64,000 nucleotides of DNA from an uncultured Gammaproteobacteria bacterium (GCA_964639595.1 CAZXEC010000001.1:187750-251749); one strand, 5' to 3'. Shown: positions 46,029 through 55,430, numbered from the stretch's first letter. The notes: a model not told the origin generated them from the sequence alone. Numbers and translations: made by a program.

Positions 46029-46884
46029 TAAGATTATCATGACCATGCGTCGCTCTCCCTATCAATCACTGATTGCTATATCAGTTATGTCTTTGATGTT
46101 TTTCTTTGTCAGCATGTTTTTAGTATTGACTGTTTCGTCGCAAATTATTCTGCAGTATTTTGAAACCAGGCCCAAAGTCATAGTTTATCTAAAAGATGAT
46201 ATTGCCACATCACAGTTGGCAGAAATTAAATTCGTCTTGGAAGAATCAGATAAGGTATCACAAATCAAACATTTGACCAAAGAGGATGCATTAATAGAAT
46301 ACAAAAAAACTTTTGCTAATGATCCGCAACTCTTGGATTTGGTAACAGCCAAAATCCTGCCAGCTTCTATTGAATTTTCTACTGCCAAATTAGAAGATTT
46401 AAAAGATGTGGCCAACTTGGTAAAAGGCAAACCGGGAGTTGATAAAGTTGAGTTCTTGGAAGATGTGGTTAATAACTTAATATTTTGGACTTCCAGGATC
46501 AGGATGGCTGGAATTATTTTAGTTTCTCTGTTGTCTGCCGCTTCTATTCTGATTATGCTGATGGTTATTGGCATGAAGATTGCGATGCGCCGGCAAGAAA
46601 TTGAAATTTTCCAACTTGTAGGCGCCTCCCCCTGGTACATTAGAATTCCTTATATTTTAGAAGGTGCAGCATACAGTGTGATCGGTGCTCTAGTTTCAAT
46701 TGTGGTAGTAGGAGCGGCCTTTTTCAGTCTATCCCCTCAAGTTTATGCGTATTTTAGTGAGGTTCCCAGTTTGCCACTATCGCCGCTTTATCTGGCAGCA
46801 ATGGCAGGTGGAGAGCTGGCGGCTGCGTTTCTTCTGGGGGCAATTGGTGCCTTTTTAGCTGTTTGGCGCTATCTTAAAGTCTAA
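46021..46884 (+). CDS. ftsX: cell division permease FtsX
   Basis: 4 TM helices, RRQEIEIFQLVGASPWYIRIPYILEG. Confidence 0.9.
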   Translation: MIDKIIMTMRRSPYQSLIAISVMSLMFFFVSMFLVLTVSSQIILQYFETRPKVIVYLKDDIATSQLAEIKFVLEESDKVSQIKHLTKEDALIEYKKTFANDPQLLDLVTAKILPASIEFSTAKLEDLKDVANLVKGKPGVDKVEFLEDVVNNLIFWTSRIRMAGIILVSLLSAASILIMLMVIGMKIAMRRQEIEIFQLVGASPWYIRIPYILEGAAYSVIGALVSIVVVGAAFFSLSPQVYAYFSEVPSLPLSPLYLAAMAGGELAAAFLLGAIGAFLAVWRYLKV

Positions 46885-46889
46885 ATGGC

Positions 46890-48071
46890 ATGCGGAAAAA
46901 AGTATTGGTGTTTGTATCTGCTTTAATATTTCTTTATCCTGTGCCAGCCTTGGCTCAAAGCACAGCAGATACGCTATCTGGTTTGAATGACAAAATTCGG
47001 CAGCTACAGGAACAAATTGCCCAGTCAAAAAATACCCAGCAAACTTTATCATCACAAATTGCTGCCATGGATAGGCAGATACAACTGACTACCTTAAAAA
47101 TTAGCCAAGCTAAGCAAAAAGTTATCCAGCTGGAGGCAGATATTGGAGATTTATCCAAGAAGATAGTCAACTTGGAAGCTAGCTTGGATAAAATTACTAA
47201 TTTATTACTGGAAAGGATTGTAGCTACCTATGAGGAATCCAAAAACAATGATGATATACAATTGCTTTTCTCATCTGCATCTTTCGGAGATTTAATTTCC
47301 CGCTATCGTTACCTGCAACTTATTCAATCGAATGATAAAAAATTGCTGTTACAGATGCAGGCAACCAAAAATAATTACCAAGACCAAAAAACATTACTGC
47401 AAGATAAACAAACCCAAATTGAAGCGGCTAAAAAAGAACTGGAACGACAGGAGATTGCCTTAAACCAACAGAGGAAAGATAAAGAAAATCTACTGCAGGT
47501 CACTAAAAATGATGAAAAAAGATATCAAAAACTCTTACAAGAGGCGCAAGCGCAAGTGCAGGCCTTTAAGTCATTCGCTTCTTCAAAAGGTGGAGTTGCC
47601 ATCTTGCCTGCTCAAGCGAGTCCTGATGGCTGGTACTATAACCAAAGGGATGAGCGGTGGGGAAGAAGCTTTATTGGCTCATCACCTGAACAAATATGGG
47701 ATGTGGGCTGTTTAGTGACGTCGGTAGCAATGGTGCTGAAACAATCCGGCAATAATGTCACTCCGCTAGATATTGCCGCCAACTCCTCTTATTATTTTGC
47801 CAGTACGGCCTATATGTTAATTCCCTGGGGCGGAGGGAAATTTTCTTCTGTCTGGGGATATAATAAATCGTCAGTAGACGGCATGTTATCTAGCGGTAAA
47901 CCAGTAGTTGTGGGACTTCGGGCCGGAGTGTATGGAATGCATTTTGTGGTGTTAAAAAGCGGAGCAGGCGGCAATTATATCATGAATGATCCTTGGAATG
48001 GAGCGAACTTAAAATTCACCGACTACTATTCAACAGGACAGATTTTTGAATACGGGTTTTATAATGGATGA
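46890..48071 (+). CDS. secreted coiled-coil (PcsB/CwlO-like) protein with C39-like cysteine peptidase domain
   Basis: Signal peptide, long coiled coil, YNQRD..GCLVTSVAM..HFVV..NDP. Confidence 0.8.
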   Translation: MRKKVLVFVSALIFLYPVPALAQSTADTLSGLNDKIRQLQEQIAQSKNTQQTLSSQIAAMDRQIQLTTLKISQAKQKVIQLEADIGDLSKKIVNLEASLDKITNLLLERIVATYEESKNNDDIQLLFSSASFGDLISRYRYLQLIQSNDKKLLLQMQATKNNYQDQKTLLQDKQTQIEAAKKELERQEIALNQQRKDKENLLQVTKNDEKRYQKLLQEAQAQVQAFKSFASSKGGVAILPAQASPDGWYYNQRDERWGRSFIGSSPEQIWDVGCLVTSVAMVLKQSGNNVTPLDIAANSSYYFASTAYMLIPWGGGKFSSVWGYNKSSVDGMLSSGKPVVVGLRAGVYGMHFVVLKSGAGGNYIMNDPWNGANLKFTDYYSTGQIFEYGFYNG

Positions 48072-48098
48072 AAAACAGTTCTTTTGTTAGTGTATCGC

Positions 48099-49172
48099 AT
48101 GAGAGCTCCTGTCATTTTACTGGTGATATTGTTTTTTGGTTGTACTGTCAAGGTGGCGTGGGCTGCTGCTTCTTTGGATGTGGTATTAAGTGAGGTTATG
48201 TGGATGGGCACTACTGCCTCTGCTGCTGATGAGTGGATAGAACTTTATAATAATACTAACTCGGATGTTGATATAACTGGTTGGGGTATTTATGAGGCTG
48301 GTGGTAGTACTCTGGTGGAAGACTTGAGCGGCATGATTGGCGCCAAGTCTTATTATTTAATTGAAAGAACTGATGATAATACAATAAGTAATGTTACAGC
48401 TTCTCAACCACCGACCAGTTGGGGTGGAAGCGGTCTTAATAATTCTGGCGAGCATCTGGTTTTAAAAGATCAGAATGGAATTATTGTAGATGAAGTTAAT
48501 GCCTTAACTGGTTGGTTTGCTGGCAGCAATAGCAGTACCAGTGAAAGAGCCAGTATGGAGAGGATTAATTTTAACGCTGCTGGTAGCGATGCTGGTAACT
48601 GGGCCACCAACAACAAACAAACAGCCAATGCTAGAGATGCTGCTGGTAATGTTATCTGGGGAACCCCGAAAGCAGCCAACAGTCAAACCAACCAGCCAAC
48701 CTCCACTCCACCTACAGACACTCCTACTCCCACGCCAACCCCGATTCAATCGGGGCCAACACCTACGCCAACTCCAACCCTGACCCCCACGCCAACACCC
48801 CAGACAACTGCCACGCCCAAACCAACTACTACTCCTAAGGCTACTGCCACTCCCACCCCAATACCCAAGGCCACCATCTCATCTACAGCAACTCCTAACC
48901 CTACTCAAATTTTGGCTGCCCAAGCCACCAATCCTGCCAAAAAAGCAACTGCTACACTTACTGCAGGAAAAGAAGCCAGCATCTCTTATGAAATCATTGA
49001 TATGGCAACGTCAGAGGCTCACAGCACTTCCTCGTCATCAACTGCTCAAACAGGTCAAGATACCAATCAAACCATTGGGGGGATATTGCTGATGGCGGGC
49101 GCTCTGCTGTCTGTTGCATCAGTGGGCTTTCATCTGTTTCAAAAGAGGAAAATTCCTCCACTTACCCCATGA
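48099..49172 (+). CDS. lamin-tail-domain surface protein with Pro-Thr linker and C-terminal TM anchor
   Basis: SEVMW, DEWIELYN, LNNSGE, GTPKAAN, (PT)n, C-terminal hydrophobic helix. Confidence 0.82.
   Translation: MRAPVILLVILFFGCTVKVAWAAASLDVVLSEVMWMGTTASAADEWIELYNNTNSDVDITGWGIYEAGGSTLVEDLSGMIGAKSYYLIERTDDNTISNVTASQPPTSWGGSGLNNSGEHLVLKDQNGIIVDEVNALTGWFAGSNSSTSERASMERINFNAAGSDAGNWATNNKQTANARDAAGNVIWGTPKAANSQTNQPTSTPPTDTPTPTPTPIQSGPTPTPTPTLTPTPTPQTTATPKPTTTPKATATPTPIPKATISSTATPNPTQILAAQATNPAKKATATLTAGKEASISYEIIDMATSEAHSTSSSSTAQTGQDTNQTIGGILLMAGALLSVASVGFHLFQKRKIPPLTP
48735..48759. repeat. single 17-bp palindromic element with 4-bp direct repeat, in frame in the PT linker
   Basis: CCAA[CCCCGATTCAATCGGGG]CCAA; 21 nt adding TPIQSGP. 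Confidence 0.88.
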
Positions 49173-49197
49173 GTAGATTCTTTGGTAAAATATTATC

Positions 49198-49572
49198 ATG
49201 CAAAAGATTAATCGGTGGTGGCCGGTTTTTTTATGGGCGGGCTTAATTTTTGTTGGATCATCTCTGCCGGTTGTTAAAACCAGTACTAGCTATTGGGAAG
49301 ATTTTATCTTAAAAAAACTGGTACACTTACTGGAGTATGCAGCGCTTTATTTATTCTTATATAGGGCTACTTACCGAAATTGGCAGCAGGCTTTGGCGAT
49401 ATCCATAGTCTATGCTATAACAGATGAGATTCATCAAAGTTTTACGCCCGGCAGAGAGCCAGCTATCCGCGATGTTATTATTGACAGCACAGGCGCTTCT
49501 GTGGCGGGGATAATTTTATGGAAGTATCAACCAATTCTGCCCAAAAAACTCAAGAATTGGCTTTTAAAATAG
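49198..49572 (+). CDS. vanZ: VanZ family membrane protein
   Basis: KKLVHLLEYA, YAITDEIHQSFTPGR, DVIID. Confidence 0.88.
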   Translation: MQKINRWWPVFLWAGLIFVGSSLPVVKTSTSYWEDFILKKLVHLLEYAALYLFLYRATYRNWQQALAISIVYAITDEIHQSFTPGREPAIRDVIIDSTGASVAGIILWKYQPILPKKLKNWLLK

Positions 49573-49952
49573 CCGGAGACCTTAAAGTGGGCGATATAAT
49601 TGCCTTGCAGGGTGATCTGGGCAGTGGCAAAACCACTTTTGTCCAAGGATTGGCTCGCGCCCTCGGGGTTACCAGAAGAGTAACTTCCCCCACTTTTGTA
49701 TTTGTTAAATCCTATCCTGCTCAAATTAACCAACAGCCTACGGTCTTGTACCATATCGATTTATACAGGTCGCAGTCCGCGCATGATGTTGCCAGTTTAG
49801 GCCTGGAAGACATCGTAGCTGATCCCAACGTTGTTATTTGTGTTGAATGGCCGGAAAAAGCCCCTGAACTTTTCCAGAGAGCTACCATCAAGATTAGTTT
49901 CTATAATATCAGTGATAACATAAGAAGAATAGTAGTTGATAGAAATATATGA
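49518..49952 (+). CDS. tsaE: tRNA t6A biosynthesis ATPase TsaE
   Basis: GDLGSGKTTF, VTSPTF, HIDLYR, VEWPE. Confidence 0.95.
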   Translation: MEVSTNSAQKTQELAFKIAGDLKVGDIIALQGDLGSGKTTFVQGLARALGVTRRVTSPTFVFVKSYPAQINQQPTVLYHIDLYRSQSAHDVASLGLEDIVADPNVVICVEWPEKAPELFQRATIKISFYNISDNIRRIVVDRNI

Positions 49953-50533
49953 ATAATTGGGGCAAGGCAAGAGGTTTAGTTAAAAATGGCGGAGTAATAG
50001 TATTCCCGACCGATACGGTTTGGGGGATAGGTTGTCTTTTTGATAATGAGCAAGCGGTGGAGAGAATTTTTACCATCAAAAAAAGACCCAAAGATCTGCC
50101 GCTGCAGGTTTTGATTGCCGACAAGCAGCAACTTGATTTATTGGTTGATCAACTGCCGGATCATATCAGGCAAATGATGGAAAAATTTTGGCCGGGGGCA
50201 TTGACTATTATCATGGATGCCAAAGACGGTTTAGACTTGCCTTTAGTCATTGTAGATCGTAGTATTGGTATCAGGCTTCCCAACCACCAGGACTTGAGAA
50301 ATTTTATCAATGACTTAGGCAAACCATTGGCCGCCACCTCTGCCAACTTTCATGGTGAGATAGCTCCGGTTGCCAAAGCTGATTTGTCAACAGATTTTAT
50401 CAGACAGGTGGATTTGGTATTGGATGGCAAGACAGGTTTTGGAGTAGAATCAACTGTAGTTGATGCCAGAACGCGCCAGTTGAAAATAATCAGACAAGGA
50501 GCGGTTCATTTAGGGGAAAGCGTCAAGGGGTAA
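49949..50533 (+). CDS. tsaC: threonylcarbamoyl-AMP synthase (YrdC/Sua5)
   Basis: FPTDTVWG, KKRP, FWPGALT, TSAN, STVVD. Confidence 0.93.
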   Translation: MNNWGKARGLVKNGGVIVFPTDTVWGIGCLFDNEQAVERIFTIKKRPKDLPLQVLIADKQQLDLLVDQLPDHIRQMMEKFWPGALTIIMDAKDGLDLPLVIVDRSIGIRLPNHQDLRNFINDLGKPLAATSANFHGEIAPVAKADLSTDFIRQVDLVLDGKTGFGVESTVVDARTRQLKIIRQGAVHLGESVKG

Positions 50534-50542
50534 GGGGAAAGA

Positions 50543-50866
50543 ATGATATTGAAGATTGACACCACAGACAGGCAGAAAATTCAAGTTGAGCTGACAGATG
50601 CCAAATCAGGTAAAATTGATAGTATAGAAAAACACAATCAAGTCGGCTCGCAGGTGCTGCTTGTCGCCATAGAAGAGTTGTTATCAAAAAATGGCGTGTT
50701 ATTATCTGATTTAAAAGAAGTTCAGGTCAATCGAGGGCCAGGTTCTTACACCGGCACCCGCGTTGGGGTAGCTGTGGCCAATGCCCTATCGTGGGGACTG
50801 GGATTAAAAAAAGTAAGCGAGCTGGAGATGCCAATTTATGAGCCAGATAAGTATGGGCAAAAATAA
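50543..50866 (+). CDS. tsaB: short TsaB (N-terminal lobe only)
   Basis: LKIDT, GPGSYTGTRVGVAVANAL; only 107 aa. Confidence 0.85.
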   Translation: MILKIDTTDRQKIQVELTDAKSGKIDSIEKHNQVGSQVLLVAIEELLSKNGVLLSDLKEVQVNRGPGSYTGTRVGVAVANALSWGLGLKKVSELEMPIYEPDKYGQK

Positions 50867-50946
50867 ACTACCAATTTCCAATTGTTACCAATAAATACCA
50901 ATTAACAAAGCAGTCTAATTAGACATTTGATATTTGACATTGGTAA
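50867..50946. repeat. intergenic TACCAAT / CATTTGA repeat element
   Basis: TACCAAT three times on the left arm, CATTTGA TATTTGA CATTGGT on the right; shares ACTACCAATTTC and TTGACATTGG with 11308-11426. Confidence 0.6.
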
Positions 50947-50958
50947 TTATTCAATCTT

Positions 50959-51879
50959 ATGAAAGTTTTAGTCACCGGCGGAGCCGGATTCATCGGTTCG
51001 CATGTTTGCCGGGTCCTTCTTGAGAAAGGACACCGGGTGAGTGTGGTAGATAATTTATCCCATGGGCAAAAAACAGCCATCCCGCAAGGAGTTGATTTTT
51101 TCCAGGTTGATGTTGCCAACAAGGAGGAAATGACCAGAGTTCTTACTGGCCATGAAGCAGTAATTCATATGGCTTCTTTGATTGAAGTGGGAGAATCAGT
51201 CAAAAAACCGCAAGAATTTGCTCAAAATAACATTGTGGGGACTGTGGCTTTGCTGGAAGCGATGGAAAAGTCTAATGTTAAAAAAATTATTTTTTCTTCC
51301 AGTGCTTGCGTATACGGCCGGCCCCACCAGTTGCCGATCACCGAAGATGATCCATTGGGGGAACAGGAAAATCCTTATGGTGCCACTAAAGTCTGCATGG
51401 AACAGTTTTGCGCCCTGTACCACCGGCTATTTGGGTTTGATGTGGTGATTCTGCGGTATTTTAATCCCTATGGGCCGGGTGAGGAGCATCAGCCGGAAAC
51501 TCATGCCATTCCTAACTTTATCAAAGCAGCCCTCAACAAACAGCCCTTGCCGGTTTTTTGGCAAGGAGAACAGGTGAGGGATTTTATTTATATAGAAGAC
51601 TTAGCCCGAGCGCATGTGGCGCCCTTGGAGTGTTTGGGCCTACATTATTATAATATTGGTACAGAAACCGGGGTAAAAGTTAAAGATGTCATTAGCGCCA
51701 TTTCTGATATTTTGGGGTATCGGTTGGAAATAGCGGATAAGGGCAACAGATCAGGGGATGTGCCGGAACTGGTGGCCTCATCTGCCAAAATAAAAAAAGA
51801 ACTGGGCTGGAGCGCCCAAGTTGACTTAAAAGAAGGTCTGCGCCGCACCATTGAGTACTATAAAAAATTATCTGTTTAG
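50959..51879 (+). CDS. galE: UDP-glucose 4-epimerase-like NAD-dependent epimerase
   Basis: GGAGFIGSH, FSSSACVYG, YGATK, LRYFNPYG. Confidence 0.78.
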   Translation: MKVLVTGGAGFIGSHVCRVLLEKGHRVSVVDNLSHGQKTAIPQGVDFFQVDVANKEEMTRVLTGHEAVIHMASLIEVGESVKKPQEFAQNNIVGTVALLEAMEKSNVKKIIFSSSACVYGRPHQLPITEDDPLGEQENPYGATKVCMEQFCALYHRLFGFDVVILRYFNPYGPGEEHQPETHAIPNFIKAALNKQPLPVFWQGEQVRDFIYIEDLARAHVAPLECLGLHYYNIGTETGVKVKDVISAISDILGYRLEIADKGNRSGDVPELVASSAKIKKELGWSAQVDLKEGLRRTIEYYKKLSV

Positions 51880-52060
51880 TCCTTCAGTATTTTGATTTTT
51901 TGGTTCGTCTGATTTGATCTTTAAGCCCTCTTTCTGTTATTATTGGCCGCAATAATGGGAATGTTTGCGGCAACAGCTGCCGCAGGATGGTTTTCCATTA
52001 GCTCTTTAACAAATTTAGTTGTGAAGTCGCGTAAGACGGGATGAAAAAAGGAGGCTTGAG

Positions 52061-52555
52061 GTGAACAGAGCAGTAAGCTGGATGCCGGCAATTTGGATTC
52101 CAGGAGTTTGGGCGGCGCTCTATTATTGGTTTATTGTAGGTAACTCACAGAGCCATCCGCTTCTCCTTTGGGGAGTGGGGGCTTTGATCGTCTGGCAAAT
52201 TACGTTTTTTATAACAGACTGCCCCGGACCAATTCCTCCCAAGGGACGTGATTACATACCACCTTATCCCTATTTTGTGGCAATAATGGGGGTTATCATA
52301 CTTTTTCTGGGTATGATAGCGGGCTGGTTGGCCACCACTCCTGGTTTGACCAGAGTCATTGCCGCTGTCCTGATCGGGCTGGAAAACCTGCTGGTTTACC
52401 ATAGCGTTTCTCATAGCAGCTGGGACGATCCATATTATGGAAGTTCCCTTGTTCCTCGGTTAGTCAAATGGTCCTTTGTTCCAATAGGATTGCTGGGGCT
52501 AGCCGGTTTGACGGAATTGATCGGCCACATCACCAAGCTAGCAGAATGCCTGTAA
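52061..52555 (+). CDS. hypothetical membrane protein
   Basis: Several hydrophobic helices; AAGGAGG before GTG. Confidence 0.6.
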   Translation: MNRAVSWMPAIWIPGVWAALYYWFIVGNSQSHPLLLWGVGALIVWQITFFITDCPGPIPPKGRDYIPPYPYFVAIMGVIILFLGMIAGWLATTPGLTRVIAAVLIGLENLLVYHSVSHSSWDDPYYGSSLVPRLVKWSFVPIGLLGLAGLTELIGHITKLAECL

Positions 52556-52566
52556 AGGAGGGGGAA

Positions 52567-52761
52567 ATGTCATCAATTTGGATGTTGACTGTTGCTCTTT
52601 TGGCGAGCACCGGAGGAGTCTTCGCAACCATGGGTCTTGCAACGCAAGAGAACTCCTTTATAGCCACTGGAGCAGGACTGCTCTTAATGTCCATGATAGG
52701 ATCATTCATCGGTCTGCTGGGAGCATTAGTTACAATATGCAGCAGATCGAGGACCAGTTAA
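52567..52761 (+). CDS. small 2-TM hypothetical protein
   Basis: AAGGAGG before ATG 52567; two hydrophobic helices. Confidence 0.5.
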   Translation: MSSIWMLTVALLASTGGVFATMGLATQENSFIATGAGLLLMSMIGSFIGLLGALVTICSRSRTS

Positions 52762-52786
52762 TCTCACAACTAAATATCGTACGAAT

Positions 52787-52826
52787 ACCCGCCTTCATTC
52801 TGCTAAAAAACAGAATTAAGGCGGGT
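52787..52826 (+). terminator. hairpin, probable terminator
   Basis: ACCCGCCTT-c-ATTCTG / CAGAAT-t-AAGGCGGGT stem followed by T-rich sequence. Confidence 0.55.
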
Positions 52827-52845
52827 TATACTTTCATCCCCGTTA

Positions 52846-52883
52846 CCCCTATTTAATCCCCGATTTAATCGGGGCAATCGGGG
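52846..52883. repeat. nested intergenic copies of the 17-bp palindromic element
   Basis: CCCCTATT TAAT[CCCCGATTTAATCGGGG]CAAT CGGGG. Confidence 0.82.
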
Positions 52884-52923
52884 TGAGATTTGTTTACTAT
52901 CCCTATTTTGATATAATATCCTC

Positions 52924-53946
52924 ATGAATCTTAGGCACTGGTTTTTGCCCCATCCTAAAAATGGCCATCGGGCTCATTTAGTTAAAATTCCCTCACTGGC
53001 GGTCTATCTTATATTACTGATTGTGGTTCAAGCTGGGCTCATTACCGCTGCCCAGATCAGGCCCGATATCTTGGGGATCAAATCAACCGTAACTTCGCAA
53101 CAGATTATCGAGCTGACTAACCAGGAACGTGCTAAAGTTGGCGCACCAGCAGTGTCTGATAATCCTCTGCTAACTACTGCTGCTATTGCCAAAGCCAAAG
53201 ATATGATCAGCCAAAATTATTGGTCACACACTGCGCCTGATGGCAGACAGCCATGGGATTTTATTGTCACAGAGGGCTATAAATATCTGTTTGCCGGCGA
53301 GAATTTAGCCAGAAATTTTACTGATTCGGATTCGGTAGTAAAAGCTTGGATTGCTTCCCCGTCGCACAAGGCTAATTTGCTGGATTCCCATTATCGGGAA
53401 ATTGGCGTGGCAGTGGTGGAAGGATTTTACGGAGGAGGAGATAGTGTTTTGGTGGTGCAGATGTTCGGCACCCGGCCTTCACAACTTGCTAGCCTGCCGC
53501 AGACAACTGCAGCTACCCCAACGCCAACTACCATACCAACTGTCACATCAGCACAAGAAATTATTGGTGGGCCACAACCGGCAATTGCGCATTTACCGAA
53601 AGAGGTAGAACTTGAGCCAGCCATTACCATCCCACGGCCACAAATTGCCTCGGCTCCCACCTTGCAAGAGACCTTATCTGTGCCGATCAAATCAACCATC
53701 AAGTCGTCAGTTGAACCGGTTGTTGATCCTTTTGTGATCACCAGGATCACAGCTCTTGTGATGATGTTTTTTGTAGCAGGCCTGTTGGCGATTGATTGGC
53801 TGGTGATATCGCGCCAAAGAGTGGTGAGGCAAGTTGGCCATCAAGGAGCCCATGCGCTTTTCTTGATTTTATTACTGGCCTTAATTTTCTCAATTCAAGC
53901 AGGCGAGATTACCCGGGAGGCGGTCAGACATGTGGCAATCTTTTAG
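52924..53946 (+). CDS. CAP/SCP domain membrane protein
   Basis: LTNQER, KAKDM..YWSH, AGENLA, WIASPSHKANLL. Confidence 0.88.
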   Translation: MNLRHWFLPHPKNGHRAHLVKIPSLAVYLILLIVVQAGLITAAQIRPDILGIKSTVTSQQIIELTNQERAKVGAPAVSDNPLLTTAAIAKAKDMISQNYWSHTAPDGRQPWDFIVTEGYKYLFAGENLARNFTDSDSVVKAWIASPSHKANLLDSHYREIGVAVVEGFYGGGDSVLVVQMFGTRPSQLASLPQTTAATPTPTTIPTVTSAQEIIGGPQPAIAHLPKEVELEPAITIPRPQIASAPTLQETLSVPIKSTIKSSVEPVVDPFVITRITALVMMFFVAGLLAIDWLVISRQRVVRQVGHQGAHALFLILLLALIFSIQAGEITREAVRHVAIF

Positions 53947-54193
53947 CAGGCACACTTTTGAATATTTAATTTTAGTATTGCTGGGCGCAGTTTTTATCCT
54001 GGCGTTTATTCTGGTGGGCCATAATACACCAGCCAGGATTGGCCTGTCTTTATCAGTTTCATCCATCTATGTGATTTGGGCAATTATCCACCATTGGCTT
54101 GACCATGATTTGACAGTAAAAATTATTTTAGAGTATGCTTGCTTTGCAGCGCTGGCAGCGCTGATTTTGATTGGTTTGGCCATTCAGTCGTAG
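53930..54193 (+). CDS. small 3-TM hypothetical protein
   Basis: Hydrophobic; YVIWAIIHH..ILEY. Confidence 0.65.
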   Translation: MWQSFSRHTFEYLILVLLGAVFILAFILVGHNTPARIGLSLSVSSIYVIWAIIHHWLDHDLTVKIILEYACFAALAALILIGLAIQS

Positions 54194-54201
54194 ACAATAT
54201 T

Positions 54202-54942
54202 ATGAAAGGTGTCATTTTAGCAGGCGGCAAAGGCACAAGGCTTTATCCTTTGACTTATGCTACCAATAAGCATTTATTGCCGGTTTATAACCAGCCGATG
54301 ATTTATTATCCAATCCAGACTTTGGTTAAAGCCGGAATTCGTGACATTATGGTGGTTTGCGGTGGCCCTCACGCCGGCCATTTTATAGGAGTTTTGAAAA
54401 ACGGGGAGGATTTTGGGATTGACCACTTGGAGTATGCTTATCAGGAAAATGAAGGCGGGATTGCCCAGGCCCTGTCCATCTGTGAGGATTTTGCCGATGG
54501 AGAACCTGTAGCAGTAATTTTGGGCGACAATACCACTGATGCTGATATCAGTCAAGCCACAAGCAGTTTTGTTAATGGGGCATTAATATTTTTGAAACAA
54601 GTTCCAGACCCGCAGCGTTTTGGTGTGCCCTATTTTGATGATAAAGACCAGACTAAAATTGTCAAAATTGAAGAAAAACCCCCAAATCCTCCCAATAATT
54701 GGGCAGTAACCGGGCTGTATGTTTATGATAATCAGGTGTTTGATTTTATCAGAAAAATGGAACCGTCAGCCAGGGGAGAATTAGAAATTACTGATGTTAA
54801 CAATCAGTACATAAAAACCGGTAGTCTTCGTTGGGCAGAGCTTAAAGGTTATTGGAGGGATGCCGGCACTTTTGATACCTTACTGGAAGCCAATAAATAC
54901 TGGGCTAAAAAATACCAGCAGGAAAATGGTAAGAGTAAGTGA
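54202..54942 (+). CDS. rmlA: glucose-1-phosphate thymidylyltransferase
   Basis: GVILAGGKGTRLYPLT, LGDN, EEKP, PSARGELEITD; start ATG 54202. Confidence 0.88.
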   Translation: MKGVILAGGKGTRLYPLTYATNKHLLPVYNQPMIYYPIQTLVKAGIRDIMVVCGGPHAGHFIGVLKNGEDFGIDHLEYAYQENEGGIAQALSICEDFADGEPVAVILGDNTTDADISQATSSFVNGALIFLKQVPDPQRFGVPYFDDKDQTKIVKIEEKPPNPPNNWAVTGLYVYDNQVFDFIRKMEPSARGELEITDVNNQYIKTGSLRWAELKGYWRDAGTFDTLLEANKYWAKKYQQENGKSK

Positions 54943-55430
54943 GTCTCTCTATGATTATTCCTGTGGATCAAAAATTGATTTCCCAAGTGATTAATACTGC
55001 CAAGCGATCTGCCCGCCGGCGCTCAAATTATAACTTTCACCAGCCCTCCGAAGCAGTGCAAAGGCTGATTAATGTTTTTTGCCAGGGTACTTATGCCCCG
55101 CCGCACCAGCATAGCAACCCGGATAAAGTGGAACTATTTATCGCCCTTGACGGTCGGGGAGTAGTGGTAGAATTTGATGACCGGGGGAAAGTTACCCGCC
55201 ATTGTGTAATTGACTCCAGGGGACCGGTTAAGGCTTGCGAGATACAACCCGGTACTTGGCATACGGTAATCGGCTTGTCTGCTGTTGACGTATTTTACGA
55301 AATAATAGAAGGACCTTACAATCCGTCAACCCATAAAAAATTTGCTCCTTGGGCGCCCAAGGAAGAGGATCAAGAGCAGGCGCAGGAATATATAGCAAAA
55401 ATATTGAAAGAGTTTAAAAAAAACTTATGA
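54939..55430 (+). CDS. WbuC family cupin-fold metalloprotein
   Basis: SARRRSNYNFH, PPHQH, PGTWHT, EGPY, FAPWAP. Confidence 0.85.
   Translation: MSLSMIIPVDQKLISQVINTAKRSARRRSNYNFHQPSEAVQRLINVFCQGTYAPPHQHSNPDKVELFIALDGRGVVVEFDDRGKVTRHCVIDSRGPVKACEIQPGTWHTVIGLSAVDVFYEIIEGPYNPSTHKKFAPWAPKEEDQEQAQEYIAKILKEFKKNL

Noticed and set aside
48700-48910. Pro-Thr codon repeats as a DNA repeat element
   Set aside because: Ordinary low-complexity linker with varied codons; only the embedded palindrome is notable.
7423-52883. CRISPR array or terminator explanation for the CCCCGAT..ATCGGGG repeats
   Set aside because: Copies are dispersed, mostly intragenic, and have no regular spacers, poly-T tails or nearby cas genes.
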